In this document: positions 13,990 through 27,613 of the stretch, piece by piece | How positions within the stretch are numbered: position 1 is the first letter of the stretch | Layout: each line of letters opens with the position of its first letter | Assembly: GCA_964188305.1 (NCBI GenBank) | Contig: OZ076894.1 | Direction: 5' to 3' (one strand) | Length of the DNA: 64,000 bases | Origin: Podarcis bocagei | Taxonomy: Eukaryota | Translations under genes and position numbers: made by a program | Notes under the pieces: generated by a model | Database searches by the model: none | Told to the model about the DNA's origin: nothing | The model's input: only the letters and a program-made list of their open reading frames with translations

Positions 13990-15285
13990 CAGCTAAATGA
14001 CAAAAGAGACAGAATACTGTATGTGAAGTGATGAATGTAGAGGCGGGGAAGGGAATCCCACCTGCACATATACATTAAGGAAGGCTAAATAGGTGAACCT
14101 TGGAATCGTGGTAGAGCATCCACTGGAAAAGTCAACTCAGTGGACAGCAGTAGTGGGAAAAAGGCAAACTCAACAATGGAAATTCTTAGGGATTGAAAAC
14201 GCAATTACTGGTATCATCATGTCTTTATCAAAATCTATGTGTCATATTCTCCTTGCTGAGCAGCAACATGCAAAGCTCTTTGGAGTGGGAGGCCAGACAA
14301 CCAGAAGAGTCTCTGAGGCAGAGGCAGCATCCAAAGTCAGGCCCAGTCCTAGGGTCAGATGAACAGCAATCCATGTGGTCAGACAGTCCAGGGGTCAGGG
14401 AATCCGATGGTCATGGGGTCAAGACAAGCAGGAAGCATCAAGGTAGAACCGGAAACTACAAGTGTTGTTACCAGCATCTGACTGCTGCTGGAAGCTCCAC
14501 TTAAGAAGACTGAAGCCAGATGATTCTCTCTCTTTTTTAATATAATTTTTATTAGTTTTTTTTTAACATATCATTTTCAACAGTAATTAAACATCCTTTC
14601 ACATCTTATTCAAATTTTTTACTTCCATCAATCCTGTCTGAAGCCAGATGATTCTCATCAGTGCCTTCTCCACTGTGTCCCTGATCAGCTGTAGGTGGAG
14701 TCACTCTGCCTTCTCCCCCTTCAGGCTGCTGTTCAGCAGGCAAAGCTGCTATGGTGCCACTAGAGTTGTCCCCACCATTAGGCAGCAGTTTCTGAGGAAT
14801 GAGAGAGTTGATGCTGCTGTTTGAGCCCCGTGGCCTGCCCTGTGCCCCCCAGAATAAGCTGCTGCCTTGGAGTGCAATAGAGGACCCTGTAACCCATCAC
14901 AAGGATTGAAGAAATATTCAACTGGTTGGCTCTTCTACATAGAATGGAGGAGGACCATTTTTCTTCAACAGACCTGGTTGCAGTGATGCCTGGAATACAG
15001 CGGATGCACCATCTCATAAAGGATATGATAGTACTGGGAAATGTACCAAGAAGAACAATTGAAATTGTCAGGTGTGGGTGGGTGGATGTTAGGCATCTTG
15101 GAAAGGCTAAATTGTTTAGGGCTTTGTTCAACTGAGGAGGAAATAACTGAAGAGAGACATGACAAGGTTAAAACACTATGTATGATAGGGGAAAAGTGGA
15201 TAGTAGAGATTTCCTTCAGTCCTTCATAATACCAGAATTCTGGATCACTTGATAAAAATGAGCAGCGGTAGGTTTAGAACTGATG
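13990..15285 (+). mobile_element. Old, fragmented CR1 LINE split by younger insertions (about 14240-15000)
   Basis: Degraded CR1 ORF2 motifs: LGIVVEHPLEKSTQWTAVV ... IIMSLSKSM before the break, HLIKDMIVLGNVPRRT and LERLNCLGL after it. Confidence 0.65.
14529..14637 (-). mobile_element. Short poly(A)-ended retroposed fragment (L1-like 3' end)
   Basis: Perfect 19-bp direct repeat ctgaagccagatgattctc (14510-14528, 14638-14656); on the minus strand it ends aataaaaattatattaaaaaa. Confidence 0.7.
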
Positions 15286-18200
15286 TTTTATTCATTGTTA
15301 ATTTATGATTTTTATCGTGGTTTGTTTTTTAATTGCAATAGTTCGCTTGATAGTTGTCTGTTGCCATAAAGGCAGTATGAAAACACTTTAATACAGCCTT
15401 CACTAATCTAGTGCCTTCCAGTTGTTTTGGACTCTCCTTTGAGGTGTAGCCTCACCATGGGGATTTTTAAAAGCAAGATGAAATCACCACCACCCATTAA
15501 CCCGGGCCTCTTCACTTTGGATTTGTGGCGGGAGACTCAGAAATAGGTCTGAGATTTACCAGGTTGCAACCTGAATATATTCCATGTGCTTGTTTGAACA
15601 GCTTTGTGACCATGAACGACGTAGCAGTTGCTCTTGGATCATTTATACTTCTGGCAAATGAGATTTCCTAAAGAAAGAAAAAAAGCAGGTCACATTTACC
15701 TTTGGGGCAGACAGTTTATTAAATATTTTTTTTTTTGAAAAAAGAAAACAATTGTCTTCTGAAAATGCAGATGGCAAAGTCCTGGGTCAGAATCCAGCAA
15801 GTGCTTAAAACGTGTTTAAATGAAACTCAATTAAATCATGGTGCTTAAATTTGCTTCAGATAGCCTGTTTATCGAGCGTTCAGTTTATTTGGTTTGTATA
15901 AAATTTGTGGGGAGGTTATATGGTGCTGTGCCAAGCAAGTATTATTCCACACTTTCGAAAGCATTTCCCGTTACCATAAAAAGTCAGATTTGGGAGAGGG
16001 GAAGGGGGTTTGTTTTGCAAGCGCTCCAAATTGGCTTCAATTGCACAACCTGTATTTACTGGTATGTGACTGAATCCCACCCCAAAATAGAGACAGTCAA
16101 GAAGTGCCCTAAATGTCATGGGGACTTTCCAGACCAGCTGTTTATTCAGCATTCACGTCAATATTTCCCCCCAAAATGTGCAGAGGTTATACAACTCCAG
16201 CTAAACAGCATTCATCCTAATATGCTCATGTAGTGCTTATGCAACTAGTGGATGTTATTCTGCACTATGCACTGCTATTTTCCCATCACTTTCCCATATC
16301 TGTTTTTTGTGTGGTTAGAAACGTAATGGCATAATTGCACTCTACATAAAATGTGTGATAGCAACCACATTTCAGGCAAATAAGCAGCCTGTCTGGAAGC
16401 GCTTCATAAATCTGCACTTGGTTGTGGCATGGGATATTGAGAACTTAAACTCCTTTAGGGATTTAAATAAAATGTTGTCAATTGCCTTGTGTTATTCTTT
16501 GCTTCCTATCAAGCTGTGTGGAATAAAATGGTAAAGACAGAGGCAACATCAATCTGTCATAGGGAGCAGCAGGTCTTACCTGGAAACTTTTACAGGAATC
16601 AAGCAGTATCACACAAAACACTGACATTTCACTATTAAAAGCTTTTTTTTTTTTTTTTTGCTGATCTCATTGATTCCCCTGCAGTTCCCTCATAGCATGC
16701 CCCAAATTTGCCCTTTAGGTCACACAAACCCCATGTTCAGCATATGTAACGGGTTTGAATCCTGGCACTTGCCCAGCTTAAAAAAAAATAAAAAATCACT
16801 TGACTCAGAACAGCTGCAGTTGAGCAGATTAGTACCAGAACCTGTAAGCATGACTATAAGTCATTTCCAACATAAATTATTTTTAAGTCAGTATGGTTAG
16901 TGTTACACCTTTGCTCTATCGAAGTCAGCTGTACCATATCAGTTTAAATGAAAGATGCTGTATGTATGTTATGAAGCATCCCAAAATCTTTATATAGTCT
17001 TGAAAATACATAATCAAACTTTTATAACACAGATAATGACTGTGGAATCAGTGCTGAAAAAAGGTTAGAAAACAGCAACAACAACCCCAAAACCACAGAT
17101 ACAGTGTTTCAAAAGAGTCTTACATCTGGAAGGGGGGGAGAGAACGAGTGAGGGAGAATGCTCTGTGGTCTACAGCCTCAAATTGAAGAAACAGATTTAT
17201 TTGTCCATTTCGGCATGATTTGACCATGTCTGATTTTGCTCCATGCTTTGGAGATGTCAGCCATTCCAAGTAGATATTTCTCAACATCCTTACATTTCCC
17301 CCCACTTTTAATACTCTCCAGATCCTTGTAAACCATTTTGCTAGACAATGAGAACTTTCTTGTTCAGAGGTGCCTATAATTTATTGTTCTAAAACTAATA
17401 ATTAATCTAAACTTTTTTGTCGGGTTTGTGATATTTTAATCTGTTTCAAAAAGACACTCAAGACTGTATTCCTAAAGAAAACTTTATCTCATATTTTAGG
17501 CTGGACCATCACATGTGGAGAGTTCTTTCATTTCCCCCTCCCCAGCATGCTGTTTCAAATAGTGGTGAATATTTGTTAAAGCACCAATGAAGAAATATTT
17601 AAGATTAAGCATGACCTCAAAATTATATTTCCTTTCTTTAATTCAAAACCAGCCTGAAGATCATGGACCATTTTTCTACTGGTGCACAATTGCAGCCAAG
17701 TCTTAGGCAACAGACACCAAATGATGAAGTGGACTGCATTGCTGGTTTAGATGAGGTGCCTTTAGGTGTTGCCTGAATTCTGAGTACCATCCACTATCAG
17801 CCCCTCTTTATGGCAGTGCTACTGAATTCCTTAACTGATGGTCTGATCATGGTTAACTAGAACAAAATGCATGAAGTACTTTTAGATTTCTCAGTGTATA
17901 TCCAAAATATGCTGGTTGATTAATTAAACCAGTCACCTTACAGAATGTTAACATGAGTTTCTTACACCCCCACACTATCTCTTTTAATGCATTACAGAGC
18001 TTACAATATAACCAACATTTAATAAGCAAAATAATAAACATTTTTGAGAATGAGAATTAAGCATAGGTTTTAACAAAATTTAGTTCAGCGACTGTATGTT
18101 CATATTCTAGGTCATAAATTTGAATCTAACGTAAGGGTGGAGTGGTCAGTCTTTGGATCTTCAACGAAACACCCCCCCCCCCAATCCTGCAGCCCTTATC

Positions 18201-18836
18201 TCACCAACTTTGGACTTCTGACATGACTAAAGGTTGACAAGGGCAGAGCAGGGGAAGGCATGGACTTGAAGGAGCCATAGTTTCCTCAAACCCTTGGCAC
18301 GCCAACAACAACCCCCCCCCCCAAATAGGGGAATACATCTGCCAGCCCTGGAAATGGAATAATTCACTTCCCTCCCACTGGAGACAAAGACAGGAGCATT
18401 GTTCAAACAACAACAAAAAATTGGAACTAAGAATAAATTTAAAAATTCTAAGTACAGGAGAAGCAGCAAAGTCCAATGCAACTTGTCGGTAATGTGCTGC
18501 AGTTGAGCGTCTTTTTTGTAGTAAATCCCTTTGCCTCCAGCCATCACTGCCCTTTGGAGGATTAAGTGCAACTGCAGAGAAGGTGTCATATTACTCAAAG
18601 TTATTTCTAATGGGGAAAGAGTGCCATCAAAAACGAGAAACAGGTTTGGTGTTAAATTTTACTTAAGTGGATCATGACAAAACACAACCCGTGTCAAGAT
18701 GGAGCGAAGGGTAATTTGTAGACTCTTGACATAATTGACATGGTAAAAAGCCTGTTCACAGCCTGCTCAGAACATTTTTGATGTTAAGTTCAACTACCCT
18801 TATACATGATAGCTACTGATGCATTCCATTCATATG

Positions 18837-18900
18837 AATAAAGAGAAAAGGAACTGCACATATTAATTAATAAAGAGAAAAGGAACTGCACATATTAATT
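18837..18900 (+). repeat. Perfect 32-bp tandem duplication
   Basis: aataaagagaaaaggaactgcacatattaatt x2. Confidence 0.95.
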
Positions 18901-18906
18901 AATTAA

Positions 18907-19995
18907 TGACTCTGCTACCACTCAGTGGATTTGTAACTGGCTGACTGACCGAACCCAAAGGGTGCTCATCAATGGTTCCTCTTCATCCTGGAGAAGAGTG
19001 ACTAGTGGGGTGCCACAGGGTTCTGTCTTGGGCCCGGTCTTATTCAACATCTTTATCAACGACTTGGATGATGGACTCAAGGGCATCCTGATCAAATTTG
19101 CAGATGACACCAAACTGGGAGGGGTGGCTAACACCCCAGAGGACAGGATCACACTTCAAAACGACCTTGACAGATTAGAGAACTGGGCAAAAACAAACAA
19201 AATGAATTTTAACAGGGAGAAATGTAAAGTATTGCACTTGGGCAAAAAAAATGAGAGGCACAAATACAAGATGGGTGACACCTGGCTTGAGAGCAGTACA
19301 TGTGAAAAGGATCTAGGAGTCTTGGTTGACCACAAACTTGACATGAGCCAACAGTGTGACGCGGCAGCTAAAAAAGCCAATGCAATCCTGGGCTGCATCA
19401 ATAGGAGTATAGCATCTAGATCAAGGGAAGTAATAGTGCCACTGTATTCTGCTCTGGTCAGACCACACCTGGAGTACTGTGTCCAGTTCTGGGCACCACA
19501 ATTCAAGAAGGACACTGACAAACTGGAACGTGTCCAGAGGAGGGCAACCAAAATGGTCAAAGGCCTGGAAACGATGCCTTATGAGGAACGGCTAAGGGAG
19601 CTGGGCATGTTTAGCCTGGAGAAGAGGAGGTTAAGGGGTGATATGATAGCCATGTTCAAATATATAAAAGGATGTCACATAGAGGAGGGAGAAAGGTTGT
19701 TTTCTGCTGCTCCAGTGAAGCGGACACGGAGCAATGGATCCAAACTACAAGAAAGAAGATTCCACCTAAACATTAGGAAGAACTTCCTGACAGTAAGAGC
19801 TGTTCGACAGTGGAATTTGCTGCCAAGGAGTGTGGTGGAGTCTCCTACTTTGGAGGTCTTTAAGCAGAGGCTTGACAACCATATGTCAGGAGTGCTCTGA
19901 TGGTGTTTCCTGCTTGGCAGGGGGTTGGACTCGATGGCCCTTGTGGTCTCTTCCAACTCTATGATTCTATGATTCTATGATTCTATGATTCTATG
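18907..19995 (+). mobile_element. Young 5'-truncated CR1 LINE (RT domain and 3' end)
   Basis: Uninterrupted 312-aa ORF with [15 protein letters not shown] and [13 protein letters not shown]; ends in an (ATTCTATG)n tail. Confidence 0.97.
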
Positions 19996-20519
19996 AATGC
20001 AACCTTCTAAAAACAGTCAAAAGCTCCTAAAAACAATAATCTACTCTCAGAGTTTCCAGAGGACATTTGGCCATCAAATGCCTAGGTAAACAAGAATGTT
20101 AATTAAATTTCTCCTAAAGGTTAATAGGGAAACTAAGGCACCTAACTCCACAATCAGGGAACCACCACCAAGAAGACCCTGCCACAGGTCTTTTCCAACC
20201 AGACAACCTGCACCACTGTCTCCCAGAACCAGGAGGGGATTGCAAAGGGATGAGCAGAGGAAGCTTCCACAAAGGTTCACAGCCTGTCGGGGAAATGTTA
20301 GTAAATGGGGGGAGAGGGAGTGGTCTTCTCTTGCTGCAATAGCTCTATAGAACACAGACCTGGGAACAGCTGCCTAGATGCTAGACTGGTGTGCACAGAT
20401 ACCCAGAGCTGTAGAAGTGACTGTAAGTGTTATCTTTGATGATAAACTCTCTGCTGTGTGCATTCCTTTGGCTAGGAGACACCCTTGACATTTATGTCAT
20501 TTGGAGGATGAAAGGAGTG

Positions 20520-20616
20520 ATACAGAAACAACATACAAACAATGAGACCTGCACATGCTTAGTTTTATTTTAATATTATTTTTTTAAAAAAAACACACAA
20601 CAACAACACATTTATT
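20520..20616 (-). terminator. Candidate polyadenylation site of TLL1
   Basis: Minus-strand AATAAA at 20611-20616 and 20564-20569; the second is followed about 20 nt later by CA and a GU/U-rich tract (ttgtttgtatgttgtttctg). Confidence 0.55.
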
Positions 20617-22439
20617 AATGCCAGTGTATGATTGTGGTAAGGAAACAAAAACTAAGTGGTGTAGCAACCAGCATCAAATAATACCAAAATAGTTCTTTTA
20701 AATGAAACGTAACATTTCATTAGCTCTTGGATTCTTTATTGAAGTCCTGCTTATGAAACCTTTAAAGGAAGTTGCTACAGTCAATCCGAATTCTGGTAGA
20801 ACTTGGCACATGAAATACAATTTACCTGTCCATCCGTACACAACACATCTCACTCTTTTTAAAGCACTCATTCATACATACTTACATGATGCATATACAT
20901 TGTGACTAAAGCCATGTATGGCCTAAAGCACATACAATAGTTTCTCCTAAAAGTACTTATTTCTACATCAATAGGAAGTCCACTGTATTTACAACTGATG
21001 ATCTTGCTCTGCAGATGGGAACTTGCTCGTGGATCACTTTTGTGAACACACACATGAAATGTTCAAATTGTCAAGTTCTTTATCAAATCGGATGTATCTA
21101 CAGAAAGATCTGTATGATCATGTGCAAGAATTCTAAGGCAATAGTAGTAGTTGTTCCACAGGGCTAGTGCTGCCATTGCAATTATCTTTTTCACATGCTT
21201 AGAAAGTCTGTTCTTCTTAAGATGCAGCCAGGCATAGTGAGACATTCATGATCTGCAGATTGTTGGCTCAAAAGATCTAAAACATCTTGCGTTGTGGTTA
21301 TATTTTTTTTAATAATATGTTCATGGAATAGCACCATAGAAATTATCTTTGCCATCACAAAAGTCTTATTTCCAGAAAACACCCACCCACCCCCTTTGTC
21401 CCCAATTGCTGAGAAATACGTTTTTGGAAACCAACTTTTTAATATTCATTTTTGACTGGTTTAAAATTAAAAAATAAAATGAAACCATTCACAAACATTT
21501 TCAAGGAAATGCTGAGCAGCAGCTCATTATGACTGAAACGAAATCCATTAACTGGTGTTTTGGATTATCCCGGCCCTGGTTACTTCTGTTGTTTATTGAA
21601 TAAAGGTCCACAGCAGGCTTGTAAAAGACTCGTTCTCATGAGTACTTAGTGTAAAATTTAAGAGGTCAGCAGGTATGGAGTCCTTCAGCAATAATAAACT
21701 CAATGTCCTCAGTAAATGACAACGTCCAAAGTCTGGATGTTCCCATAATGATGATGAATGTATAACGCTTCAGACATTCCAATATGTTGCTATGATCAAC
21801 TCTCTAAAGTTTCAACGATTTCGCAGATGTAGTTTTCCAGTTTTCATTACATTAATGCGTTGGTGGGAATTACGAGTGCATAATAATCTCAGAAGATCCC
21901 CCTCCCCCTTTCCCCCCGACTTTTCTTTGCATTCACTGTATCTTGGATATATCACCAAAGCAATTAAAATAAGAAAAATATAAGGACAGCGTTTGTTTGT
22001 TTTTGAGTGCATGACCTGCAGAAGGTAGGCATTTCCCATCCCCCCCTCCTGAACACCAGTCACTTGTCAAGAGTCTTCAGGGTCACTTTCCCTGGTTCTT
22101 AACTGGTTGAGTATGCAGGCAACTATGACATTTGTCAAGCTGTGAGCAAAGCTCTTATAGTCTCCCTGGAAGCATGCAGCGCCCCTCCACTGGCTTTGCA
22201 GAGACAGCCACGCCTGAGACCACACGTCATCGCTATAATGTCTGTTCCTCTAGAATAGGAATATATTTAGCAGTGAGATGTTTCAGGTTTCCTTCAGTTT
22301 GGACGCATGGTGTAAAAATGTTTGTTTACTAAGAATGTCAGTCTTTTTATTAAAAAAACAACACAAAACAAAACCCATCCCCCCTCTCTCCGCAACAGTC
22401 ACTCTTTCTGTCTCATTTTGTGGCCTAAGGGATCTTCTG
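20545..22439 (-). other. TLL1: Probable TLL1 3' UTR (3' end uncertain)
   Basis: AT-rich sequence with no recognisable repeats after the stop; minus-strand AATAAA at about 22346, 21592, 20735, 20611 and 20564. Confidence 0.6.
21329..21336 (-). promoter_or_regulatory. miR-29 family 8mer seed match in the TLL1 3' UTR
   Basis: Plus strand tagcacca = TGGTGCTA on the transcript. Confidence 0.5.
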
Positions 22440-22574
22440 TTATTTTTTGGTGTGAACACTGTCTTGATGTTTTATGCTTTTGTATCGTATATGGAATCCT
22501 TTCTTGTTGATTGTATCATCCGTGTGAAAATGAAGTAAAATAGAATCACCTGCCGAATAAATCTCTTCTTGCGG
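22440..22574 (-). CDS. TLL1: TLL1 last coding exon to the stop codon
   Basis: ctgcag|CCG CAA GAA ... AAA AAA TAA; [44 protein letters not shown]; the HFHTDD...FHIRY...HTKK ending fits TLL1 better than TLL2 or BMP1. Confidence 0.96.
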   Translation of the reverse strand, partial: PQEEIYSAGDSILLHFHTDDTINKKGFHIRYKSIKHQDSVHTKK

Positions 22575-24209
22575 CTGCAGAGAAAGGGAAAAAAAGGGGT
22601 TGCCAAGGTTACCATGAACACAGTTAAGCATGTTGCAACAATTAACAGTGTGGTCTTCCTTTCTCTAGACGAGGCCACAATCTGCTGATGTTTGTTCTGC
22701 TATCAGCACCGAATGGAGTTGTGCTTTGAGAGCATGCTTGTTTCTGAGGCTCAAACTACACACCAAGCAGAGCGTTAGAATTCTGTGTTGTTGCTGTTGC
22801 TGCTGCTTAAAACTAAAGCAGCCTGGAACCAGGCTACATATGATTGGGACACTAATGGGTGTGTGGTTGCTGTACCCTTACACCTGTCATTTTTCAGCTC
22901 AGAATTGCTCTCCTCTTTGTGGTAAAAGCAACTTGAGAAGGGCAACTTTGAGATGAAAGTGGGAAAGAATTAAGCAGACACTCTCTGCTTAGCATACTTC
23001 ATCTGAAAGACAGCTTTGAGCTAAAAAAAATTGAACAAAAAATCATGGAAATCTATGTAGTTTGTGTCTATTTTTTGTCCTCGTGACAAAAATCTGTCTT
23101 TCTAGCTATTGATGCAGTACAGAAAATCCTTCCCTTTAGCAGATTTTCATTCAACGTACTACCTTTAAATTTAATTCCCTCCCTTTACTATATCATGATC
23201 TTTCTCCAAAGATTTGCAGTCCTGAGCTTTTAAGCATCCTATGAAATAGTGTTTGTGGATGGCCCCAATTACTGTCATCATTTGCTTCAGCAATTCCCCA
23301 CCCCCTTACATCAATGTTTGTATATTGCACACTCCAAACTCTGATACTGATACTTGCTCCATCTTGTCTGAAGACCATGCTGAGAGATAACTATAGTTTC
23401 AAACTTCAGGTGCCCACACTATGTTGTGCTACCCATAAGGCACATACTACACTCTCCTTTCCATTACACCCAACTAAAACTTTATTTGAAGAGTCTCTAC
23501 TTAAAATAAACTAACTCACATTGAAAAGTTCCTCCTAAGTTTCTCTTAATGTGGAAAACCCATGAACAGAACCTTCCGAAACTGTTTAGTTTCATCTCTC
23601 AGAAAAAGTTCTTTAAAAGCAAGTTCAGGGAAATATAATGAATTTAGTATTGACTAAATACTAAATGAACTAGATGGCTTTCACGAAGGAAACACAAAAT
23701 TGGATTTTATATCATGTCTTGCTTTTAGCATTCAGTGATGAAAGCAGAATGAATTTCTAAATTCTGGGTTTTCTATGTATGTATAGCTCCTTTGCTTACT
23801 GTTTGACTTTAATCACCTTGAAGAATAAAAGCAGCCTTGTCGAAACAGGTATTACTTAATTTTGTTAACTTCAATGAACATGTAGGTTATAAAGGCCAAA
23901 ACACTGGCAGAAGTACAATATGTCCCTTTACATACACTTTGTTAAGAAGAACCAGTGGGGCTTTGATACTTCTTTTTTTCTCAAATAGGGAACCCTATCA
24001 CTGCACCACAACCTGCTTTTAAACTCAGAGGAGTTTAAAAAAAAAACAGGTTGTGATAAGGTGTATAGGGGTGTGTTTCTATCTTCTGTATAGAGAAAGA
24101 CAACAAAAAGTTGTTTGGGCATTAACGTCTATATTTCACATCCATAGTCATTTTATTTATTCATATTTGGAAGAGTCTTAATCATTGGAATAACTTCAAG
24201 ATTACATAC

Positions 24210-24460
24210 CCCTGATCCACAAAACCGACCAAGTCTCAGAGAAGTTGTATCATGACCGTCAAAGAGCTCTAGGTAGTCATAACCACAGTCTGCTTCTTCC
24301 TCCACCTCAAAAGTCTGAAAAGTTAACTCTATTCGGTAACCACGGTCTGATACTATTAGCCATTCACAATCTGCTTGAACTGGATAGTTGTTGTCACCAA
24401 ACTGAGCATGAGAGTAGAGATCTCTTGCTTTGCCCTCAGCTTTAAGACGACCACCACACT
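24210..24460 (-). CDS. TLL1: TLL1 coding exon, CUB5
   Basis: gcacag|AG TGT GGT ... TCA GGG|gtatgt; 251 nt; (E)[83 protein letters not shown]. Confidence 0.97.
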
Positions 24461-24927
24461 CTGTGCAAAGAAAGGAAGAAAAAAAACAAATATACACTTC
24501 TTTCGATCTTGTTTTTAAAAGGAACCACACATAATTTCCCACCCTGTGTTTCTGAATCATGATAGTGGTAAGAATGATATTAGAACCACCGCTAGGGGCC
24601 AGTATAAACCAAGGAATTGAAATAACAAGGAACTAGAAATAATATTTGACCTGGAAAAAATAACAGACATCAGTATGTTGGCAGCTGCTTTTTCTAACAG
24701 AATTTTGAGTGTCTGAAGGATGCAATGTGCTTCCAGTGTTGAAGCCTCATATTTCATCTTCATTAAAAAGCCCATTGGATTCAACAAGATGGTCAATACT
24801 ACCAGTTTTTGTTCCACCAGTAATAAAAAGACGGAGGACATTAGAAGCACAGGCAATAATGTTGTATTAGGAACATATAACTAATATTTGCTCCCCTTTT
24901 TGCTTAATGGAAACGTAGCCCAGATTA

Positions 24928-25212
<285 letters not shown>

Positions 25213-26615
25213 TTAACAAAGTATTGATCCATTACTTCAGGTGTGTTCTGAATGTGAACCTGAGGTCAGCTCCATGCTATAGTTTTGCTACTCTGGGCAT
25301 TTTGGATTTTAAATGGCATGCAACTTTTGTAAGTAGTGTAATAGTGAACTAACAAAGAAAGTGGGTTGGATCCAGACTCTCCCATGATAGTGGTAGTCTT
25401 TCCTAAAAGGAAGGGGAGGAGCAATTTTTGCCCATTTCTCCTTCCAGAGAGTCCCTCAACCTTCTGGAGCAGTTGGGTGGGGGTACAGAGAGCTGAAAAT
25501 CCAGTACGGAATCTACACAAAATTTTTCATTTCCTGGATTGCCAAAGGGATTACTCCACCAGATCAAAAGGCTTCCGTGGTCAGAAGGTTCTCATTGAAT
25601 GCAATTGTACCACCACAGCAGAAGTTAGTCTGTTTTTTAACAACAACAACAACAACCTTGTATACTAAATTAAATGTTAAAGAAGAGACTTATTCAGGAC
25701 AATCCTGTACATGTTTACTTAGATGTAAGCCCCACTGTGGCCAATGGGGCTTACTCTAAGAGTGTTTAGTGTTGCAACCTGAAAACTATTTATGAAAAGG
25801 CCATTTCACATCAGTTTTAAAAAGAAAGAAGGTTCCCTTTCATGCTGTTCTGACGCATGCCTGGCATGGGCTTTTCCACATCTTTTTCCTCGCTTTCTTC
25901 CCTCCTGCCCCAGTCCCATCAGGCAGGGAGCAGCAGCATCTGAGGAACTTTCCAGTACAGCAAGGCAATATATTCAGAGGCAATATTTTAAAAGCGACGA
26001 AACCAAACGAAAGTCAAGTGGAGAGCAAACAGAACTGCTGTCGAGTTGTGTCTGGGACAATAAAGCAGCTCTAATCTACTGAATCCCCAGTGGAAGCCAT
26101 CCAAAGTACAATGTGATGCCAGTTTATGTTAACAGCTGGCCTTGAGGAACTTCATGTAGCTCAAGTGCCGATGTTTTGGCAGTGGAGAGAAAACAGTCAG
26201 AATAATCACAGAGCTCTGCAAACTGAAACACTGATACTTTCCTGGCTTTTATTTTTTAGGAAGATTAGGCATCTGTAATAGAAGGAAACTGCATGTGCAC
26301 CATAAAACAGCTGTACAACTATCCCAGTTGCTACTCATAAATTTTGTTCAACCAGACTATTCTCATATGAGCAAGTATTGTGCTATTTGGCCTCTTGTGG
26401 ATACAGAAAAGCTCCACAAGAAGCTGGTTAAAAACAGAACTCGTTCCATCCAAACTGAGAGCTAGGTTGCGTTTTAATCTAAAAGGTGCTGTATTGCACT
26501 GTGCTTTAGGATTCGCTCATCTGAATGGTAATGAGAAGATGATCTTCTCTTGTCTAAATTACACATGCAGTACATGAGAACAGTACTTGTAGAAAATAAT
26601 CCCTTAAAAAATGTT

Positions 26616-26750
26616 TCATAGAATCAGAGGTGGAAGGGACTCTGAGGGTAATCCAGTCCAACCCCCTGCAATGCAGGAACATCCAGGTGGCCCATATAGG
26701 AATCATATCTGTGACCTTGGTATAACAAAACTTTCATGCTCTTTCTAAAG
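26616..26750 (-). mobile_element. Degraded element with a CR1-type 3' tail (CR1 end or CR1-tailed SINE)
   Basis: tcatagaatc ... ggaagggac ... agtccaaccccctgc is the reverse complement of a CR1 3' end; right boundary approximate. Confidence 0.55.
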
Positions 26751-26979
26751 AAGAGCTTAATGGGGATCTTTCACAATCATAACTCTCATCATTCTAAAGT
26801 ATTGGTAGTCAGTGCCAGATTTATGTATAGGCTAAGTAGGCTGAAGCCTAGGGCCTCTAAATCTAGGGGGGCCTCCCCAGCCCACCTGCCCCCCAGCAGG
26901 CTGTCTCCCCTCTCCCAAAATTGCAAACCCAAGACTTCATGCGAGGGCAGGACAACTCGGGCCCAGCAACGATAAGACT

Positions 26980-27169
26980 CAGGGCCAGCCAGTGGGGCCC
27001 AATTTGAAACTCTGGGCCCCAACTTGAAATGTTTTGTGGGGCCCCAGTTCACAGCCAAAGTCTGCAGAATCTTAGAGATATAAATAAAATCTAGATTGTC
27101 CTGCCCTTAGGAGCAGCCCGCATGGCCCAATTTGGCCAAATTGCTCCAACTGCCTTAAGGCCAGCCCTG
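26980..27169. mobile_element. hAT-like MITE nested in an older GC-rich repeat (about 26810-27230)
   Basis: TIRs cagggccagcc / ggccagccctg; 8-bp TSD ataagact / atgagact (1 mismatch). Confidence 0.7.
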
Positions 27170-27485
27170 ATGAGACTGTGCAGGTGTTGGACTGACAAGC
27201 CCTGCCCCGTCTAGGTCCCTGGTGCCACTATTCAGAGTACAGACTCCAGAGCTAGCAGGCTCAGAGTCAACAACCAGCTGTGGTAGTGTGTTGTCTGTGA
27301 TTGACAGAAGTTGGATCCCAGCAAGATCCCAAGGTCCACAGGTTCCCCATCATGGTGTGAAGGAAACTTTTCAACCTGGCCATGTATATTTAACCAACTG
27401 CCTTCAACCATGACTCATCTTAATCTTAAAGCAACATTGCAATCATCTACAGGTGAACTGCAAAGGGCTGCAAAGTGCTACTTAC

Positions 27486-27613
27486 TATTTTGATTCTGTG
27501 ACCAGGAGTTGCGCTGATTTCCCATGTGCATTCCTTCCTGCTCGGATATTTGTCAGGCCAGTTAGGGCTCGTGATAATTCCATTGGGACTATGGATCTTT
27601 TGTTCACACTCGG
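27486..27613 (-). CDS. TLL1: TLL1 coding exon, CUB4 start
   Basis: gatgcag|CC GAG TGT ... AAA ATA|gtaagt; 128 nt; (A)[42 protein letters not shown]. Confidence 0.97.

Noticed and set aside
1-18800. A second protein-coding gene downstream of TLL1
   Set aside because: The short ORFs show no recognisable domains or consistent splice structure.
18922-19956. Minus-strand ORFs overlapping the CR1
   Set aside because: Antisense shadows of the CR1 ORF2, not genes.
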